Assembly: GCF_006345805.1 (NCBI RefSeq)
Contig: NW_021836408.1
Coordinates: 1-24,461, forward strand
DNA from: Octopus sinensis
Lineage: Eukaryota
Reading direction: 5' to 3'
Length of the DNA: 24,461 nucleotides
The first letter of the stretch is position 1. Each line of letters begins with the position of its first letter. The notes under the pieces were generated by a model that had not been told where the DNA came from, made no database searches, and worked only from the letters and a program-made list of their open reading frames with translations. The translations under genes were made by a program, and so were the position numbers. Positions 21,241 through 24,461 of this stretch are shown piece by piece.

Positions 21241-21661
21241 CTATATACATACACACACACGCGCGCATGCATACATGCATACAAACATACATACGTACAT
21301 ATATACATGCATACACCGCACGTCTCCTTTACACAACCGGCTGCATAACTCGGTAGAATGTCATTATTTAAGAAATAAAAACACAGCAGAATGAACCAAA
21401 TGTGATTTAAAAATTGTACTGCAGAGTCTTCAGCTTAAGTATTATCGATTTCTTGGTGGCTGTTTGAAGCAGTCAACTTGCTAGGAATCCCCCAATCATG
21501 CGTCATAGATACTGTGATGAGATATGTGGAAGAATTAGTCATACTTGATGTGAAAGTGGAACGCATCCATTCTGACGTCGTTTATGTGTGAATAGGTGTG
21601 TGTAAGAAAGGTGTTTACCATACACACACGGAGAGTTGTTAGAGTGCCACGTTTGGAAACT

Positions 21662-21689
21662 ATTGGTATCATTATTATTATTATTATTA

Positions 21690-21764
<75 letters not shown>

Positions 21765-21767
21765 TAT
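21662..21767. repeat. (ATT)n microsatellite
   Basis: Directly visible. Confidence 0.97.
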
Positions 21768-21889
21768 TCAGTAGTTTTATTTTTATAACGTGCTTTCACT
21801 TCACTACCGAGCGCAGTTCTGTGTGCCTTGGGTATGTGCTGTGATTTGTTGTGATGCTCTCATGGTTACTGTATTGAAAGTGTTTTGAG
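21768..21889 (-). mobile_element. Probable 3' end of an R4/Dong-like non-LTR retrotransposon with (TAA)n tail
   Basis: Minus strand reads LKTLSIQ* (stop 21866-21868), then ~100 nt of UTR running into (TAA)n. It resembles the ...ILRKTL C-terminus of R4-clade ORFs; only 7 codons are present. Confidence 0.45.
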
Positions 21890-21961
21890 TTGTTGTTGTT
21901 GTTGTTGTTGTTGTTGTTATTATTATTATTTATTATAATTAATATTATTGTTGTTGTTGTT

Positions 21962-22152
21962 GAGGCGGCGAAGTGGCAGAAGCGTTAGCACGTCGGACGA
22001 AATCCTTAGTGGTATTTCACCCATCGCTAAGTTCTGAGTTCAAATTCCACCGGGATCAACTTTGCCTTTCCTCCTTTCGGGGTCGATAAATTAAGTACCA
22101 GCTGAACACCCCCTCCCACAAAATGGCTGCTTTTGTGGCAAAATTTTAAGCC
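21962..22152 (+). mobile_element. tRNA-derived SINE (18393 family)
   Basis: gaggcggcgaagtggcagaagcgttagcacg...gagttcaaattccacc...cctttcggggtcgataaattaagtaccag. Confidence 0.85.
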
Positions 22153-22189
22153 ATTATTATTATTATCATTATTATTATTATTATTATTA

Positions 22190-22322
22190 AGGTTGTCAGC
22201 TGGCAGAATTGATAGCACGACGGGCGGCGAGATGCTTAGCTGTATTTCGTCTGTCTTCTCGATCTGAGTTCAAATTCCACCGAGGTGAGGTCCAATTTGC
22301 CTTCAGTCCTTTCAGGGTCGAT
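22190..22322 (+). mobile_element. 3'-truncated SINE (18393 family)
   Basis: agctggcagaa...tagcac...gagttcaaattccaccgagg...cagggtcgat. Confidence 0.8.
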
Positions 22323-23177
22323 GTGAAGACCACTGCATTCGTTGCAGCAACTGCGGTAACTGCAACGCTAGCTGCAACAAAAAAACAACAACAACACTGT
22401 TACATCGTACATCTGCAGCAAGTGATTGCAGCACCACCCATATTTAATTGGAAACAGATCCGGGAACAAAAATTGGTGGAAGTAATAATAAGAAAAACTG
22501 CACAAGAAGCAATGTCCGCATGGGCCATTACATCATCCCCGACAACGGCAACATCAGTACAATCAACCTCATTGCCCACACCACCGCTGCCACAACCACA
22601 GATAACATCAACCTCATAAATACAAACAGGAAATCTTTCATTCAGATATCAAGGTCAGAACACCACCCAGCATAAACAAATAAAAGTCTTGAACTCCTCA
22701 GCTACAGAACACGTTTAACAAAGAATTACGTAACCTAGAAATATCAGACATCTCCTTTACATTGACAAACTGCATTGCAAAACTCATAGAAAAGTTTATA
22801 AAAGAAATATACCGACGAAGTAGAACACTTCCGAGGGAATATTAAGAAAATATAAAATACTTTTGGCGTTTTTGTATCTGATTTGCGAGATTCTTTACAT
22901 GAATTCGTGTGCTGAAGCAAATTTTGTTGTGTCTGGAGAGTCATATTGTTTTAACCCATATATACCTCTGTTTGCGTTTTCGCAATGCGAAACCTGCTCC
23001 TACTTGTTCGGACAGGAACTCGCTGAGAAGCATCTGACTGATCATACGACACCCGCAGCTAACAGTTGCATCCTGTCCTTCTCTTCCAGATTGTGAAAGT
23101 TTACCATCACGTTTAATCAATATACAGTGAAATTTTAAGACTTCATTTTTTATGGGCAAAAATGGGCTAATGCTTTA

Positions 23178-23528
23178 AAATAATAATAATGAAATTATTG
23201 TATACAGTGCTCAGGTGCACCACAACTTGTCAAAAGTGCGTATAAAGTATATGCAGTAATTGTCAAATGTCTGGAAAGCGAACAGTGTATGAGTTATATA
23301 CATGCTTGCGTGTGTATGGAGGGGAGAAAATCAGGTGTAGTGTTGGCGAATCTCAGGAAGCATGGACGTTTTGAAGGATGCAGTGCTCCGACAACTAACA
23401 ACTGCTGCCGGCAGTTTGTTCCATGCTTCAGCTACTCTTAGCGTGAAAAAATATTTCCGGAAGTCATGGGAGCTGTGCTGTTTTCTGACTTTGTAACCAT
23501 GTCCACGGGTGTTAGACGGGTGGAGTTT
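23178..23528 (-). mobile_element. 5'-truncated CR1/L2-clade LINE 3' end with short (ATT)n tail
   Basis: ORF 23331-23546 encodes TRGHGYKVRKQHSSHDFRKYFFTLRVAEAWNKLPAAVV...SFK, the CR1 ORF2 C-terminal TRGH...RxxFFxxRVxxxWNxLP motif. Confidence 0.88.
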
Positions 23529-23845
23529 ATTATCTAACACACTCACCGGTTCGATTTCTACTCATTTATTATCTATATATTTCCTTCCAAACTTTTCGTT
23601 TCTTTTGCAAACTTGTGAGTGGATATTGACTCTTGTTGCAAAAGCATCGAGAATTTTGTAAGATAAAATATAAATAATAAACGAGTGGAATAAACCCTCC
23701 ATCTTTGTTTTTGTTCGGTTTCCTTGTTTGTACTCACTGCTCTGTTTTATAATTTTTACTGTACCATTTATCGAACCGACCACTGATTCCTATGGTGCTT
23801 TCTATAAACAGGCAAGGCTACTTCAATTAGAGCCTAGTCAACGGA

Positions 23846-23900
23846 ATAAGAGACACTGATGAGGGTTAATTCAGTTCGAAATCATCGATGATCTGACACT
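23846..23900 (+). ncRNA. Degenerate type I hammerhead motif (CUGAUGA...GAAAU CAUCGAUG AUC)
   Basis: Canonical core at 23856-23862, G10.1-C11.1 with a G.U-rich stem II, perfect 12-nt palindrome AUCAUCGAUGAU as stem III, AUC triplet at 23891-23893; local stem I has two mismatches in the first five pairs. Confidence 0.5.
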
Positions 23901-24102
23901 CCTCGCTTGCTGTAGGACGGTTGTTTCCCTTGTCAGTCAATGGATAATTGTTTTGCCTGTGGCTAAGAGTTGCTTTGTCTCTTATCTCTAGCAACGCAGG
24001 TACTCATTTACACACTTAGTCACTTAACGATTTTAATTGTGCCTTTTCGGTCTTAAATTGTGAATACCTACCTATATATATAATATATATAATTATATAT
24101 AT

Positions 24103-24152
<50 letters not shown>

Positions 24153-24392
24153 ATATAATTATTTGAGGGAATAATATTCCTAACTTACAGGGAAAAATTA
24201 AATTTCACAAAATATAATATATATATAAAATAGAAAAAGACCCACCTGTTATCAATTCAAAATGAACAATTAAATTACAGCATCTAGAAAATTACATATA
24301 ATAGAAATATTAAAAATATCAATAATATACCAATGATTAAGTAAATTGCAAAAAAATAATAAAAACATATATTTGTAGAAAATTATATATGT

Positions 24393-24461
24393 GGAGGCGC
24401 AATGGCCCAGTGGTTAGGGCAGCGGACTTGCGGTCGGAGGATCGCGGTTTCGATTCCCAGA
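24393..24461 (+). mobile_element. tRNA-derived SINE head, cut off by the window end
   Basis: ggaggcgcaatggcccagtggttagggcagcgg...ggtttcgattccc: A and B boxes without a normal tRNA acceptor stem; resembles octopus OK/OR-type SINE heads. Confidence 0.75.

Noticed and set aside
22941-23159. Possible exon near a pyrimidine tract and AG at ~23088, or the minus-strand ORF
   Set aside because: Plus-strand frames close within 14 codons; the minus-strand peptide has no recognisable motif and no good acceptor.
24393-24461. Possible true tRNA gene
   Set aside because: Has A/B boxes but no properly paired cloverleaf in the visible part; better explained as a SINE head.

Overview
Repeat-saturated, AT-rich eukaryotic non-coding DNA with no intact protein-coding gene. 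Most ORFs in the supplied track are microsatellite read-throughs. The tRNA-derived SINE families and the (TA)n/(GATA)n/(TACA)n load look like an octopus (coleoid cephalopod) genome; this is my inference from recalled repeat families, not a database result. Recognisable content: about a dozen tRNA-head SINE copies, three Tc1/mariner remnants, 3' ends of a CR1-type and a probable R4/Dong-type LINE, and many simple repeats. The main unexplained signal is a set of short insertions in (TA)n tracts that carry type I hammerhead ribozyme (HHR) motifs and are built as head-to-head fold-backs. (i) A 293-bp-arm, ~98% identical palindrome at 19519-20141 has a fully canonical CUGAGGA/GAAAC-AAUU-GUC hammerhead in each arm. 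(ii) A 128-bp palindrome at 4047-4174 contains a GUA-cleaving HHR, with a second copy at 398-450. (iii) An inverted-repeat element at 3477-4030 encloses an HHR with a U3-A8 variant core. Further divergent or degenerate HHR-like motifs lie at 16840, 19351, 23846 and 3241. These are most likely non-autonomous Penelope-like (pLTR) derivatives from several families that look unrelated by eye. Ribozyme activity is predicted from sequence only.
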